A stretch of DNA of 64,000 bases. Origin: Octopus vulgaris. Taxonomy: Eukaryota. The notes beneath the pieces are model-generated. The model was not told the DNA's origin. It saw only the letters and a program-made list of their open reading frames with translations, and did no database searches. The number at the start of each line of letters is the position of its first letter. The first letter of the stretch is position 1. Shown one piece after another: positions 13,121 to 27,213 of this stretch. The stretch lies in assembly GCA_951406725.2 (NCBI GenBank), contig OX597818.1, positions 27,652,001 through 27,716,000 on the forward strand, given 5' to 3'. A program made the position numbers and the translations under genes.

Positions 13121-13162
13121 AGCAAGAAAATACTTGTGCTACTATTTCACATGCATCTGATA
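13121..13162 (+). CDS. Type-A micro-exon (42 nt), Tyr replaced by Cys: xQENTCATISHASD
   Basis: Paralog of the 10346 exon with canonical splice sites. Confidence 0.7.
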
Positions 13163-13419
13163 GTAAGTATAATTAATGCCTATAAGTAAATAGCATTATA
13201 GTTCATGTTACTATCAAAATGATATTTTGCCTTTCACTTGTTTCAGTCACTTCTCTACATCCATAGTGGTGTACCATCTTTAAGGGTTTTAGTTGAATAA
13301 ATTAACTACTGCTTTTTCTATCAATTTTTTTTATTAAACAACTCAGTTACTCTGGGGTGCTAAACTAATCAGCACTGGTCAAATGTTGGGAAGATAAACA
13401 CAGACAGATTTGTACACAC

Positions 13420-13495
<76 letters not shown>

Positions 13496-13970
13496 ACACA
13501 CACGTTGCATTATCATGAACCTTATTTTTTCTGTTTCCCAAGTTGGCATGAGTAGGGTTGTTCAACAGGATTCAATAGATTAGAGGACCAGATCTTATTT
13601 CAATGTCTCAATGCTAAGGAGAAAATGCATGCGATCATATGTCTGACTTGGGCGTAAACAATAACAACAACAATAGGACTGATCATCTTTCCATAGTTAA
13701 TATTGAATATAAAAAGTCAAAGACAAAGTGATCTTTTTCTTGATTTATCACACTTACATTGGTAATTAAATTTTGTAAGTGTTTCTTTATATGTTATTTT
13801 GTTTTTGTTTTATTTTTTTTTCAGTATACTTTAGTATAACCTGATATCTTATTATAATGCTATAAACGTTCTTTAATACATCTGATCCCAGAAACAGTTT
13901 ATTTCAGATGTCATTTACCACACATATATAGACAATAAACATATTTATTTTTAAATTTTTATTTTCATAG

Positions 13971-14012
13971 ATGAGGAAAATGCTTATGCTACTATTTCAC
14001 TTGTATTTGATA
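13971..14012 (+). CDS. Type-A micro-exon (42 nt): xEENAYATISLVFD
   Basis: Near-identical to the 10346 exon; canonical splice sites. Confidence 0.8.
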
Positions 14013-14920
14013 GTAAGTATAATTAATGCCTATAAGTAAAAAGAATTATAGTTCATGCTACTCGCAAAATGATATTTTGCCTTTCACCTTTCACTTGTTT
14101 CAGTCACTTCTCTGCATCCATAGTGGTGTACCATCTTGAAGAGTTTTAGTTGAATAAATGAACCCTTCTGCTGCTTTTTCTATCAATGTTTTTACTAAAC
14201 AACTCAGTTACTCAGGGGAGGTAAACTAATCAGCACTGGTTGTCAAGTGCTGAGAGTATAATCACAAAGACAGACATGCATACATACACACAAACACATG
14301 TGCATGCACACATGTGCATGCATTCACTCACACACACACACACATGTACAGAAATATATGACAGGCTTCTTTCAAATTTTGTCAGCCAAATCCACATGCA
14401 AGTCTTTGATTGACACGGGGATATAATAGAAGGCATATGCTGGAGGTGTCACACAGTGGGATTGAATCCAAAACTGTGTGGCTGAAGAGCAGAATTTTGC
14501 CACACCTAATTTATACATATAATATATAATATGTATTTTATGCACACACACACACATGCATGCAAGCAGACACATACACATACACACAACATATATAACA
14601 TCATTATTATCATTATTTTATTTGTTTCCCAAGCTGGCATGGCTGGGTGGTTCAACAGCTCCATAAAGAAGTATCAATCGCTCAAAGTGTATGGAACTCA
14701 TGGGAGAGGGAGACTGAGGAAGACTTGGGACAAGGTACTGAAGGACAGCTTCAGGATGCTGAACCTTTCAGACGATGACAAAGGAATGAGATACTGAGAT
14801 CATAATGTCATATCATAAATATTTTCCCATCTTTCTGATTCTAGAAACTGTTTATTTCCGATATGCACTACACCCACACAAACAATAAATTTATTCATTT
14901 TTTTCTTTTCTTTCTTAAAG

Positions 14921-14959
14921 ATATGGAAGGTTCTTGTATTAAAATTTCATCTGAACCAA
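14921..14959 (+). CDS. Diverged type-A micro-exon (39 nt): xMEGSCIKISSEP, weak donor
   Basis: tttcttaaag acceptor in a homologous intron context; donor gtataa; frame preserved. Confidence 0.4.
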
Positions 14960-15579
14960 GTATAATTTATGCCTTGAAGCAAATAGCATTATATTACATA
15001 AAGCTACGTCTATTCTCATGCTGTATGTTATAGTAAAGTTAAGAAATCCAAATGTTCAAATCTGTTTCTTCTGTAGCTCTAATTCTCAAAATTTCATCTC
15101 TTCATTTGTTTGTTACTCACCTTACTCTATCTTGCTCGTATTACATCTGAATCTCTGCTTTTTCCATGGTATATGTTAAACATTGGTTTTAGCTATGTCT
15201 GTTAGGATATTTAACATGGTCTTTATCAAGGGAATTGGGCAGTCAATGATGGATGGTTGTTGGCTGTGCACCTGCCCAACCCACCTCCACCACCTGTACC
15301 AGAAGTCTTTCTCTGTGAACCTCTACCAGAAGTCTTTCTCTTAATACCACTATTGGATACTAATACAGAGCACTCTCTCCTACACTTCCATTTCTATCTA
15401 GTAGCTATCTCCTGGTAAATGTGGTGACTGTGAAGCGAATAAAATGTTGGTGAAGTAAATACATGTTGACCTATTTTGTATTTACACAATATGTCTGCGA
15501 AATATTCATGCAAGTTTTTTTTCAGATGTAAAATGCTGTCCCCCATCCCTATGTCTCCTCAGCACACACCTTTCACACC

Positions 15580-17520
15580 CTCAGAGTTGGCACATTGAAA
15601 GGTAGGTCTAGTGAGATTGTTGAGATGCTTCAACGAAGGTATGTAGATGTGTGTTGCATCCAAAAAGTAAGAGCTATGGCTGTGTGGTAAAACGCTTGCT
15701 TCCCAAATGCATGTTTCTGGGTTCAGTCCCACTGAGTGATACCTTGGGCAAGTGTCTTCTATTATAGCTTTGGACCGACCAAAGCCTTATATGTATATAT
15801 CACTTGACAACTGATGTTGGTGTGTTTATGTCCACATAACTTAGTGGTTCGGCAAAAGAGGCTGATAGAATAAGTACCAGGCTAACAAACAATAAGTCCT
15901 AGGGTCAATTTCTTTTACCAAAAAGCAGTGCTCCAGCATGGCCGCAGTCAAAACGACTGAAACAAATAAAAGAATAGAAGAAAAGAATAAACTACCTCAT
16001 TGATAAATGATAGGGACTGTCTCTTCATAGATGGCAACTTCAATGGGCATAATGGATGACATCTGGGTGGCTTCCATGGTATGCATAGTGGCAACAGATT
16101 CTGTTCCTGTAATGAGGAGGGAATCAAGCTACTGGACTTCTGTGATGCAAATAATCTGCAATCATTCACGAAACCTACCAGTCACCTGTTCCCCTATCAA
16201 TCTGGTGGGTTGACTACATTCTCACCAGAAAATGGGAAAGTTGGCTGTGTATATTTTCCAAGTTGAACGATGCACCCTCTAACATAGGTTAGTTGTTAGC
16301 AACTTCAGGATCAGGGCTAAATGGCTACCTAGAAGAAAACCAGTGTAGAAAAGAAAGGTCTAGAAACTTAAGTATCCCCTGAATGGACAGAGATTTAGAG
16401 ACGTGTTACTTGAAGCATTTGATGAAAAAGTGGAGGATACAGCAACATATAATATGAAGGACATTACATGCTACTGACTGAATCTGCAGCTGGGGCAAAG
16501 TCTCCTTAAAGAAAAGGAACAGGACTAGAAGTGTGGTGGTAGCAGGGAACTGTATCAGATAGCCAGAAGGTAAGCTAGGAGATAGGTGTTTTTAGCCAGG
16601 GGAGAAACAGAAAAGAAGTTTGCCAATATTCTGTGATGTGAGGACCAGAGACTTCATTGTTGCAGATTGCAAGACAGTGTGGGAGAAAAAATTATGATGC
16701 CGTAGAAGAGAAATGTGTCTGCATGGATGATGGTTCACTTGCATTTAACAACTCTGCAAATAAAGAGGTTTGGAAACACTGTTATGAACGGCTGATAACT
16801 GTGGAAAATGGAATGGGAGAAGGAGAGTCTGCCAGATGCTGACCCAACTGAGGGACCAGCTATCTGAATCGACAATAACTTAGTAAATAAAGCAATTAAG
16901 GATATGAAGACGGAAAAATCCCTGGTCCATCAGGAATCACTGCTGAGATGCTTAAAGTATCTGGTGGAGTAGGATATAGCTTTGTCATCTGTATAGTTAA
17001 TTAGGTTGTCCATGCGGGAGTCATACCCAATGACTGGTGTAGCAGCATTATGGTCAACTGCTACAAAAGCAACAATGATGCCTGGGACAGAAATAATTAC
17101 AGAAGCATCAAATTGCTGAACCGTGTGATGAAAATTGCAAAATGGGTCATAGCTCAATTAATTAGGATGTGAGTTAGTGTAGATGAGATGCAGATTGGAT
17201 TTGTGATAGGTAGAAGCATGACTGATGCTATATTCCTGGTTAGGCAACTGCAGGTGAAATATTTAATCAAAAATAAACCTCTGTACCTGTTTTTTGTTGA
17301 CATGGAGAGAGCTTTTGACAAAATAACCCACTCCCTTATCTGGTGGTCAATATGGAAGCTAGGGATAAATGAGTGGTTAGTAAAAGCAGTAGAAACCATG
17401 TACAGGGATGCTGCCAGTAAGTTGAAGGTTGGAAATGAGTATAGTAATGAATTCAGCATTGAATAGGAGTCCACCAAGGCTCAGTTCTTGGCCCCCTTCT
17501 GTTTACCTTAGTCCTCTAGG
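15580..17520 (+). mobile_element. Degenerate RTE LINE with a nested tRNA-derived SINE at about 15675-15970
   Basis: Fragments MQIGFVIGRSMTDAIFLVRQLQ..FVDMERAFD; many stops. Confidence 0.85.
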
Positions 17521-17791
17521 CTCAGTTGCCTGAGCTGGTTTATAGACTATAATCATCCAATGACCAATTATAAAATCTATATTCTTACTCTTTATTTCTT
17601 TACTTTTCACTTCTCACTTCCATCCTTCTTTTATGTTTCTTCTTTTTCTTCATTTTTCTTTACTTTTATTTTACCTTTGACTCTTCAACCTATATAAAGT
17701 CAATTTGAATTTTGTAATTATATTTCTTAAAATCCTTGATGGTGTGATTTCTCTGTGCTATATAATTGTATAAACTTATTTGTTTTTGTAA

Positions 17792-18599
17792 TCGCTCTCT
17801 ATATAAACGGCAGTTTGTCTGTCTGTGTGTCTGTGTGTCTGTCAGGTTGTACCCTCACCCTGACCACGGCTTTCAACCGATTCTGATGAAACTTGACACA
17901 CACATAGCCCAATGTCATAATTCAAAACTAACGCAGCGAAAATTTTGAAAAGTTCCCCCAGTTCTGAAAAGAATCGATAAATTCGACATGGGGTCAAGAA
18001 TCTAAGCTTTTTATATGCAACACATTTTCTGTTGTAGTTTTCGCAACTTGTAATCGATTTTCACCAAACTCATGGTGAAGCTTAATGTTACCCTAAGAAA
18101 CTTAATTCTGACGTTAGTTTTCCATGCAATACCTTACCATCAGAAAAAATCGATAAAATCATGCCATATTGGGAAATCGCGTTTAAATTCAAGATGACAT
18201 ATTTTCGACAATATCTTTCACAAATTGGCAGGAATTTTTTTTTAAATTCACAGCGAGCATCATGTCTGCTCCAAGGAGCTATATGGCTCTTTTTATTCCA
18301 ATAGGATACTTTATTACTGGAAAAAATCGGTTAATTAAATCATATGTGGCACACATAGCAAACCGATTTGTGTATTAAACACAAACCACAAACTCTCTTG
18401 AGAGGCGCAATGATGTTTTCATGTTTTCGCCCAAAGGGACAGCTAGGAACATCGTATACACAGAAGTATTCGAGTGAAGAGAAGACATTGCAACCTACAC
18501 ATGCGCCTTCGTTCCCAAGAGGGAAAGGACTAGATTGGGATTAGCCGTTGCCTACTAGGGGCTCTTACATACCCGGGCAACGCCGGGCTATGCTGCTAG
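17792..18599 (+). mobile_element. Non-autonomous Helitron
   Basis: 5' TC and 3' CTAG, inserted between A and T; subterminal hairpin cccgggcaacgccggg; remnant helicase C-terminus NIVYTEVF near 18448. Confidence 0.85.
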
Positions 18600-20070
18600 T
18601 GTTACATAAGAATTATTGAAATAGCTGTTGAAATGGATACTTTGCACTATGACTGATACTGATTTTCGTTTGTCCTTTCAAGTGTGTGTGTGAGATCATC
18701 ATCATCATCATCATCTGTTTTCCATGCTGGCATGGGTTGGATGGTTTGATAGTTGTTGGCAAGGTTAGGAGCTATATCAGGCTTCATTGTCTGTTCTGTC
18801 ATGATTTCTACAGCTGTATACTCTTCCTAATGCCAACCACTTCATGGAGTTTAATGGGTGCTTTTAAATGGCACCAGCACCAGTGCTTTTTACATGGCAC
18901 CATTGCCAGCGGTTTTTTAATGTAGCATTAGCACCAGTATCAATTTTGCTGTGGTGGACACATCTTTTTAAATACAGAAAATCACTAGGTGTCTCAGTCC
19001 TTTGTCATCTCCTTGGTAAGGTACATTGTTTTGAGATTTACCTTCAATACTTCATCCCATGTCTTTCCTGGATTTACTGTTTTGTTTACTTAAAGCAATC
19101 AGCTCTTCTGTATACAATTGTCTACATCCATACACATCACATGACCAAACCAACTGTATTGTTGTGTACCCCTCCCCTTCCCCCCAATCAGATTCTAACC
19201 AGTCACAGTATTCCCCACCTCCACTCCCCAACCCAGTCCACACTACCCTGCTCACTGCATAGCTGCTTCTCCCCATCTCCTATCTCTGTCTATATATACC
19301 CAGATTCTCTCCAGTTACTGCATTCCTCCACTCCCAACTTATGACTCCTTGGTGATACCCTGCCAGCACTTGTCACAATTCATCTCCCCCTTTCTTACTC
19401 TACCATCTCATCCATGCCTTGATCCCTGTTCATTGCAAGTATACCCTGGTACTTGCCACCATCCCTCTTCTGCCCTTGCTGTCTCCTACTCTTTCTTTTG
19501 CTCTCTCCTCTGGCTGAGTAATCATGTATTTCCTCTACAGCAACAAACCTGTTTCTGCCCTCATTCTTGTTAACTCTTGCTCTCTTTCTCTCCCTCTCTC
19601 CATGGTCCTCCTCAACAACAATACATCTGTTTCTACCTCTCTGTCACATTCTAATCTTTCATCATCTGACACAAGTTCATCTCCTCCAACGCCTCCTCCT
19701 CACTCAAAGACTCTTTGTCTTGCAAAGTCAATTGGTGACCCCACCAGTGTGGGTGCCACTGTGTAATTCTGTTTAAGTAACATTGATTGGGCAATAAATA
19801 TCTTGTCTATTAAAGTCTCTCATGAGAGAATAAGAACATTTCTTATCTAAGAGTCAGAAATTAAAACTAATACCTGATACTCATGTTTATACTGATAATG
19901 GTGTGTATGTGTGTGAGTGCACATGCATGCATGCATATGTGTTTGTTGTGTGTGTGTGTGTGTGCACACGCATCTATCTTGTATTTATTATGCTAGTCTC
20001 AGCACAACACAATATATTCTAAATATTATTTAAAGCCGTGTATCATATTCATCACTTTAATTTCTTAAAG

Positions 20071-20112
20071 ATGTGGATAATGCTGGTGTTAATGTTTTCA
20101 AGAAACCTGATA
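20071..20112 (+). CDS. Type-A micro-exon (42 nt), Tyr lost: xVDNAGVNVFKKPD
   Basis: tttcttaaag acceptor, gtaagt donor, phase 1-1. Confidence 0.7.
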
Positions 20113-21228
20113 GTAAGTATATAAACAACCCTTTAATAAAATTACATTCATTAAAACACAAGTTCATCCTTTTATTTTATTTAAATTTCAATCAGAGGTT
20201 ATGGCCATACTTGGGAGCCACGTTTAGAGTTAATACTTGTTTGTTTTGGACTCATTTCCAAGCCCTGTCTCTGGAATCAGTCCAAGTGAAGTTAGCAAAA
20301 AATTCTTTCTTTGTGCAAAATATATGGTTTAATAGCATGTGTATGGATGTTCTTTAATACAACATAGAAAATGTTAAAAATTCTATACATAATTTACACC
20401 TCTATTAATCCTTAATAATCCAGGCCATATATATATTTTTGTAAGCCTTAGTTGTACACATAAACCAAACAAAGATCTAATTCAAGTTAAATTCACTAGA
20501 TATTTACTCAAGCAATACACATAAAGTATGGAAGAGATTTGCAATGGGGAATATGTCACATAATCAGTTGTTGTTGTTGATAACTGCAATCAGTCCCATT
20601 TTTAGATACTTCTAGCTTGAAAATAATTAAGAAAAATATCTTAGTTCTCCAGCCATATTTGGGAATGGCTTTTAATGGTAATATACTTAATTTTAAATAT
20701 CAACAAAACTTTTGAATTACAGAAATAGCAGAATTTCATAATAAATTAATTAATTTAATCTCATAGCATTCTGAGATTTTCATAACATTGAAAATGTATA
20801 GGAGTAAATTTTATTCTGTGAACCAACCTATAAGTACTAGTTTTATATAATTTCTCTTACAAAATTAACATTTTGATCATGGAATAAAATTTTGAGGGCC
20901 AATTCATTGGAGAACTTTCTGTCCAAGCACTAGTTCTGAAAAGTCATTTACCAAAATTGCTCTTTGTTTCCTTTTGTTCATACAGAATGAATTTATTTGG
21001 CAATTTGTTTCTTTTCTGCAACATACCAATGAGGGATAAAGAACTTATATTGTACACTCAGTTTCATTGGAAGTCAAATATTTATTTGTTTCTAAATGCA
21101 TGTGTATATCTATATAAAATATATAATATATTTTAGTATTTTTTTAGTTACTTTCTGTGCCACATCAAAATATTTAAAGCATCCTCTTCAAATAATAAAT
21201 ATGCCCATTTTTAATTAATTTCTTGAAG

Positions 21229-21288
21229 CTATGGAAAAGCAATATGCTAAAACTAGAGGACCTGTATATTTAGAGATGCAATCACTTG
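21229..21288 (+). CDS. Type-B double-tyrosine micro-exon (60 nt): xMEKQYAKTRGPVYLEMQSL
   Basis: tttcttgaag acceptor, G|gtaagt donor. Confidence 0.8.
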
Positions 21289-21528
21289 GTAAGTACAATT
21301 AATATTTTTAGTGCACAGCATGATCTTAGAAATTATCAATAAACAACCATGAAATATAACACTCTTACACACTCTAACTTTGGTCTGTTGATATGTGTGT
21401 ACATGCATGTATATGTGTGTGAGTGTGTTTGGGTGTATCTCATTTGTGTTTATTATGCTAGTATCAGCACAATACTAATATAATTTAAATGTTATTTATC
21501 GCCATGTTTATAATTCATTTTCTTAAAG

Positions 21529-21570
21529 ATCGGGAAGGTGTTTATGTCAACATTTCACAGAAACCTGGTG
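21529..21570 (+). CDS. Type-A micro-exon (42 nt): xREGVYVNISQKPG
   Basis: tttcttaaag acceptor, G|gtaagt donor. Confidence 0.8.
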
Positions 21571-21731
21571 GTAAGTATATAAGCAATCCATTAATAAAAT
21601 TACATTCATTAGAGTTGTATAAGCAGCTTAACATATGACTTTTGTCTTTTAGTTCTTTCAGTCATTGAAATGCAGTCATGCTAAGGCACCACCTTGAAGT
21701 GTTTAGTCCAACAAACCCACCCAAGTACTTA

Positions 21732-24700
21732 ATACAGTTGTTTATAATTATGTGATTCATTTAGAAATTAAAAACAATTATCATACAATAAGAATACAAC
21801 AAAGCCAATGACACTGCAGTGCAATGAAAAAAGGGAGAAGAGAAATAAATAACACTTTACTGTTTTTCTACCTGCAACATCTGACAAGTTTACTACGGTG
21901 TCAGTGTCAGTGAAAAAGGAATAGCATACTCCAAGGTCCAACAGAACTTACTGAAGCAAATCAACACACTTGCAACATCATCATGGGTGATGACAAGGCT
22001 AATGTGTTGGAAAAGCCAAGCACCCTCAAGGGCATCATCTGACACTTCAGTAAGGCAAGCTGCCAACATTGTCAGGTTTAACTGGAATTAGTCCAGCTCA
22101 TCCGTTTATTCACCTTACAAGTCCTGTAGCAGCCAGCTTCCTGCCATTGCCTCCTGCACCATCCCCCACTGAACCCCACTGCCAGTGCTAATGCTCTTCA
22201 TCCAGCTCCTCCCTCTACCTTCATTTCTAAATTTTCAAACTGGACATGCTACGAATGCTACTTCAGCTCCAACATACTTAGGAGAACAAAACTTTGCTCT
22301 GAAGTTCAGATCCCTGTTGAGGATTTTGCTGTCGTCCTCCAGAGATTGTCCAAGGTGAAGCTCATCAATTGAATTTCTAAGGGAGCTCGAACTTGTTTCA
22401 CCCGTGTTGTCCCAAAGCTGTTGAAGAATATCTGCCTATCCAGCAACACTATGAATTGGCAGAGATTATTCCTTTTCCCTCTGGTCTCTCTCCATATGAT
22501 GAACATGACTACTGGAACCCTCACATCTTCCCTTAAATGGCAGTTTGAGCTGTTCAAATCCACCACTGTTCATTGCAGGTCAGTGATTAGCACAGCCATA
22601 AACAATGGTCAATCACCAAACTTAAGGAAGGCTGTTAATGCCATATTCAGCAAATTTGACACTAAATGTGCTGTTCACCTCCTCTCCTCTTTGTCGTCCC
22701 TCACCCAATGTACCACAAATTCCCTCAGTGGATTGAAGGAGAAACATCCCCTGGATGAGTACCTACACTGGCCCAACCTACCAGGTTTTTTACAACCTGT
22801 TTTTACTTCCAACGATGTCAGGAAGGTGATTGTATCCTTTCCGATGGGTTCTGGTGCTGGGATCAATGGTTTACAACCTCAGCATCTCAAGGATGGTATT
22901 TACCTGTCAGCCAGTGCAGCCAGTCTCGAGCTCTTGGAGAACCTAATGCTGTTCATAAACTTGTTTTTGTCTGAGAGTGTCTTTTCTTACATTTGTCCAC
23001 TGTTCTTTGGAGTGACCTCCACCCCATAGCAGTTGGTTGTACTCAGTGATGGCTTACAGCAAAAGTGTGTCTGTCCTCGATTTCTAACTGCAGGTCTGTC
23101 AATTTTTTCGTTACTCAGCTAGGAGTGAGTACTAAGCTAGGTTGTGAGGCTGCTGCTCATGCCACTAGAGCTTTCACCAACTTGCTATCTGGGTCCTCAA
23201 AAGTCATCCTCAAACTATACCCCAGAAATGCCTTCAGTTTCATCAGTCGGGATGTCATCCTCTGTGCAGTAAAGGAGAATGCCCTACAGCACTATCACTT
23301 TACTTGAAAAGCTTATCAGAAGCCTCCTTTGGTGACCATCTCATCCCATCTACCTCTGGAGTGACCTACTTAAACCTGCTCTATTTGCACTGCATATTGA
23401 TGATGTTACCAAGATGGAAGCTGACCTGGATTTGAATGTCTGATATTTTGACGATGCTTGTTTGGAAGGGCCCTCCTGACAAGGTCCTTTCAACTGTGAG
23501 GATGATGATTAAGGAACTTAGTTGTAGGGACCTTAGCATTAAAGTTCCACTTGTGAGCTCTGACTCCACAACCATCTAGCTTCACATCAGCAGACTGTAA
23601 ACCTGTTTACAAACTCCTTCCCCTCTATCACAGTTCCTCCTTCATCAGTGTGGGGATCTCTTGGAGCCCCAATTACCGATCAAGCTTTTGAGTATCATTC
23701 TTTCAATCCAAGATGGCTAACCTTGAGCAACTTTTTTAAATTCTTGAGGTAACTGAGCCCCACCAAGGTTTTGTTATATTTAGGAATTACTTTTGTCAAT
23801 TCTTAAGTTATTGTATTTTCTCAGAGTTAGTCCCTCTTATAGATTCTCGGCATCTCTACAACACTTTGATGACCTAATCTTCAGAAAGCTCAAATGCTTA
23901 TTGTCAGACTCACTCCAGAGTCTGCTTTACCTAAACGGTTGGGGGGGGGGGGTTTAGGTCTATGTAAGTACTCATTGCCATCTCTTCCCTATTTTCTTTC
24001 TTCCATTAATGCTTGCTCTCCTTTAGTAGGCAACATTCTCTCCTCTCCAACATGAACTAGTTCCAACAGGGAGGTGGATGAAACTTTGCTACAGTGGAGA
24101 GACCTGGGCTCGTCAGTTTCTGTTACAGTTGAGGATAGACAAAAGCAGAGAGTATGGGACAATCTGCATTCAAGTGCCACTTTCAATTCTCTCTTTCATC
24201 AATCTGATCAATTTTCAAGGTGTTGCCTACTTTTTGCTAGTGCAAAATTGTCTGTGGATTGGATTGATATCCACTGCATCCAACATTGGAAGTCTACTCA
24301 ATCTAGATGAGCTCTGCATCTCCATTGAACTCAGAGTGGAAGCTGACGTATGTAGAAGACTGAGATGATGCTGTGGTAAGCCCCTTCACTCTACTGGTCT
24401 TCACTGTCTGTCTTGCCACCTAAATGCTGGTCATTTTGCTTGTCACACTGAGCTAAACTAAATCCTTAAGTGAGCTCTGGCTCAGATTAATATCCCCTCA
24501 GTTCTGGAGCCAGAGGGATAATCCAGAATTGATGGGAAGAAACCAGATGGTCTTACTCTCTGTCTTTGGGTAAGAGGTAGGTACCTCATCTGGGATTCCA
24601 TGGTCTGTGAGTCTTTTGCTCCCTCCCACATCTTGGATGCTGCAGTAAATAAGAGGTTCACTGCTTCTGTAGCTGAATGGAACAAAAACCTGGAGTATCA

Positions 24701-24881
24701 GGACTTGGCAGTGAACTATCTATTCCAGCCTGTAGTGTTTGAAACACTTGGAGGGACTGGGTCACTAAAGATGAAGTTCTTGTCACCGTTGACAGCTTGG
24801 CTTACCAAGGTGTCAGGTGCTGCCCTTGAAGGTGCTTGGCTTTTCCAAAACCTTAGCCTTGTCATCACCTGTGGTAAAGCG
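21732..24881. mobile_element. Degenerate CRE-like non-LTR retrotransposon with an internal inversion
   Basis: Plus-strand fragments FPMGSGAGINGLQPQHLKD, QLGVSTKLGCEAAAHATR, DGKKPDGLTL and FQPVVFETLGG; flanked by duplicated caagtactta; 21985-22070 is a diverged reverse complement of 24788-24870. Confidence 0.75.
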
Positions 24882-25036
24882 CAAGTACTTATTATTTTTA
24901 AGCCTTGTACTCATTGTGCTGGCTTCTTTTGCCAGACTAAGTTCCATGGACATAAATAAGTCAACAGTGATTGTTAAAAGGTTGTGATTGATAAACACAA
25001 AGACACACACTCATATGTATATATATATACATACAT

Positions 25037-25070
<34 letters not shown>

Positions 25071-26139
25071 GATGGGTTTCTTTCAGTTTCCATTTACCAA
25101 ATCCACACACAAGGCATTCGTTGGCACTGGGCTATAGTGGAATGCACTTGTCCAAGGTGCCTTACAGTGGGACTGAACCCAGAACCATGTATTTAGGAAG
25201 TAAACTTCTTACTACACAGCTACACTTGCAAAGCTTTGAAAATGTTAAAATTTCACAGTATATGCAATACAATTCTAGCAGACATTCCTATTTAACTCTG
25301 ATATTTTACCCTATTATTAATCCTTACCCTTAATAATCCAGTGCATAAGCATATATTTTGCAAGCTATATTTGTACAAAAATAATCATATAACTAATACT
25401 GAATTCAGTAAATATTTGCCTAGACTAGACAAACTATGGAACACATTTCATCATCATCATCATCTTCGTTTAACATCCACTTTCCATGCTGGCATGGGTT
25501 GGACGGTTGACTGAGGGCTGGCAAGCCAGAAGGCTGCACCGGGTTCCAATCCATAATAGGGAATGCAATCTGCTGCACCAGGCTCCAATTTGTAATAGGG
25601 AATGCAATCTGCTGCTGTTCTTGTTGAATATCAAAATCACTCCAGCTTATGTTTAACCCTCACAAGGAAGTAATCTTAGAAAGAATCTTACTTCCGTAAA
25701 CATATTTGTGAATTTCTTCCCTCAGTGGTAATATTGTCACCTTTAACTATCAGTGAAATATTTAAGTGACAGAAACAGTACAATACTCTACTAAATATTG
25801 ACAGAATTAAATTAGTGTTAGGACTTTCTGAAATTAAATCCAATTGAATTAAATTTTATTTCATTAGCCTCTCAGTAAGTACTACTTTTATATAATTATT
25901 AGAATTTTGCTTATAGAATTGAATCTTGGGTGATACTTTACTGAGGAACCTTCTCTGTAAGTGCTAATTCTGAAATAACATATCAACCAAAATTACTCTC
26001 TGCTTCCTCTTGTTAGATGATGAATTTATTAGGTAATACTTGTCTTTTTCCCAATATATCATAAGAGGATGAAGAGCATATACTATTCATGGACTTTGGC
26101 TGGATCTAAATATTCTTTTTTTTTAAATACATGTTTACA

Positions 26140-27112
26140 TTAGTTAATAGCTTTCACTACCTAGGTGACAGAGTCTGTAGTGAGGGTGGTTGTTCTGAGA
26201 GTGTAGTAGCTAGAATAAGAATAGCCTGGACAAAGTTCAGGGAGCTCCTACCTTTGGTGGCAACTAAGGGCCTCTCACTCACAATAAAAGTTAGATTGTA
26301 TGATGCATGTGTGTGAACTGCCATGCTAAATGGCAGTGAAACATGAGCCATGACTGCTGAGGACATGCATAGGCTTGAAAGAAATGAAGCTAGTATTATC
26401 CGCTGGATGTGTAATGTCAATGTGCATATATGACAAAGTGTAAGTGCCCTGAGAGAGAAGTTGGGCATAAGAAGCATCAAATATGGTGTGCAAAAGAGAC
26501 TGTGCTGGTATGGTCATGTGTTATGTGTGGATGAGAACAGCTGTGTGAGGAAGTGCCACTCCTTAAATGTAGAAGGAACCTGTAGAAGAGGTAGATCCAG
26601 GAAGACATGGGATGAGGAAGTGAAGCATGACCTTTGAACATTGGGCCTCACAGAGGCAATGACAGGAGACCAAGACCTTTGGAGATATGCTGTGATTGAG
26701 AAGACCCGGCAACTGAAATGAGATCACAGCCATGGCCAATACCAGTGTTGCATGTCTGGCCCATTTAAGAGTACCCGGGTAATATGATATGCTTAAGAAG
26801 ACCTGTTGAGTCAAGTAAAACCAAAATTGTAGCTGTCACCAGTGCCCTGACTGGCTCCCGTGCTGGTGGTATGTAAAAAGTACTATCCGAATGTGATCAA
26901 TGCCAACCCCACCTGACTGGCTCCTGTGCTGGTGGCATGTAAAAAGCACCCACTACACTCTCAGAGTGGTTGGCATTAGGAAAGGCATCGAACTGTAGAA
27001 ACATTGCCAGGCCAGATTGGAGCCCGGTACAGCTACTGGCACTCCAGACCTCAGTCAAACCATCCAACACATGCTATCATGGAAAACGAACATTAAATGA
27101 TGATGATGATGA
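26140..27112 (+). mobile_element. RTE LINE 3' fragment ending in (GAT)n
   Basis: VNSFHYLGD..ARIRIAWTKFRELLP; 3' UTR shared with the 42278 element. Confidence 0.9.
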
Positions 27113-27213
27113 TATTTTATTATATTTTTAGTTACTTTCTGTGACATAAAAAAATATTTAAATCATTTTCTCCAAACAATAAATATGCCCATTTTACATT
27201 TAATTTCTTGAAA

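Noticed and set aside
10346-14012. Phase-0 reading of the 42-nt exons as hydrophobic peptides (MRKMLMLLCHLYLI)
   Set aside because: Phase 0 hits a TAG in the intact type-B exons and phase 2 hits TGA at once; only phase 1 is open across the array
17722-17770. Possible very old type-A exon remnant (atttcttaaaatccttgatggtg)
   Set aside because: No AG acceptor, no donor and no tyrosine motif; similarity too short to support
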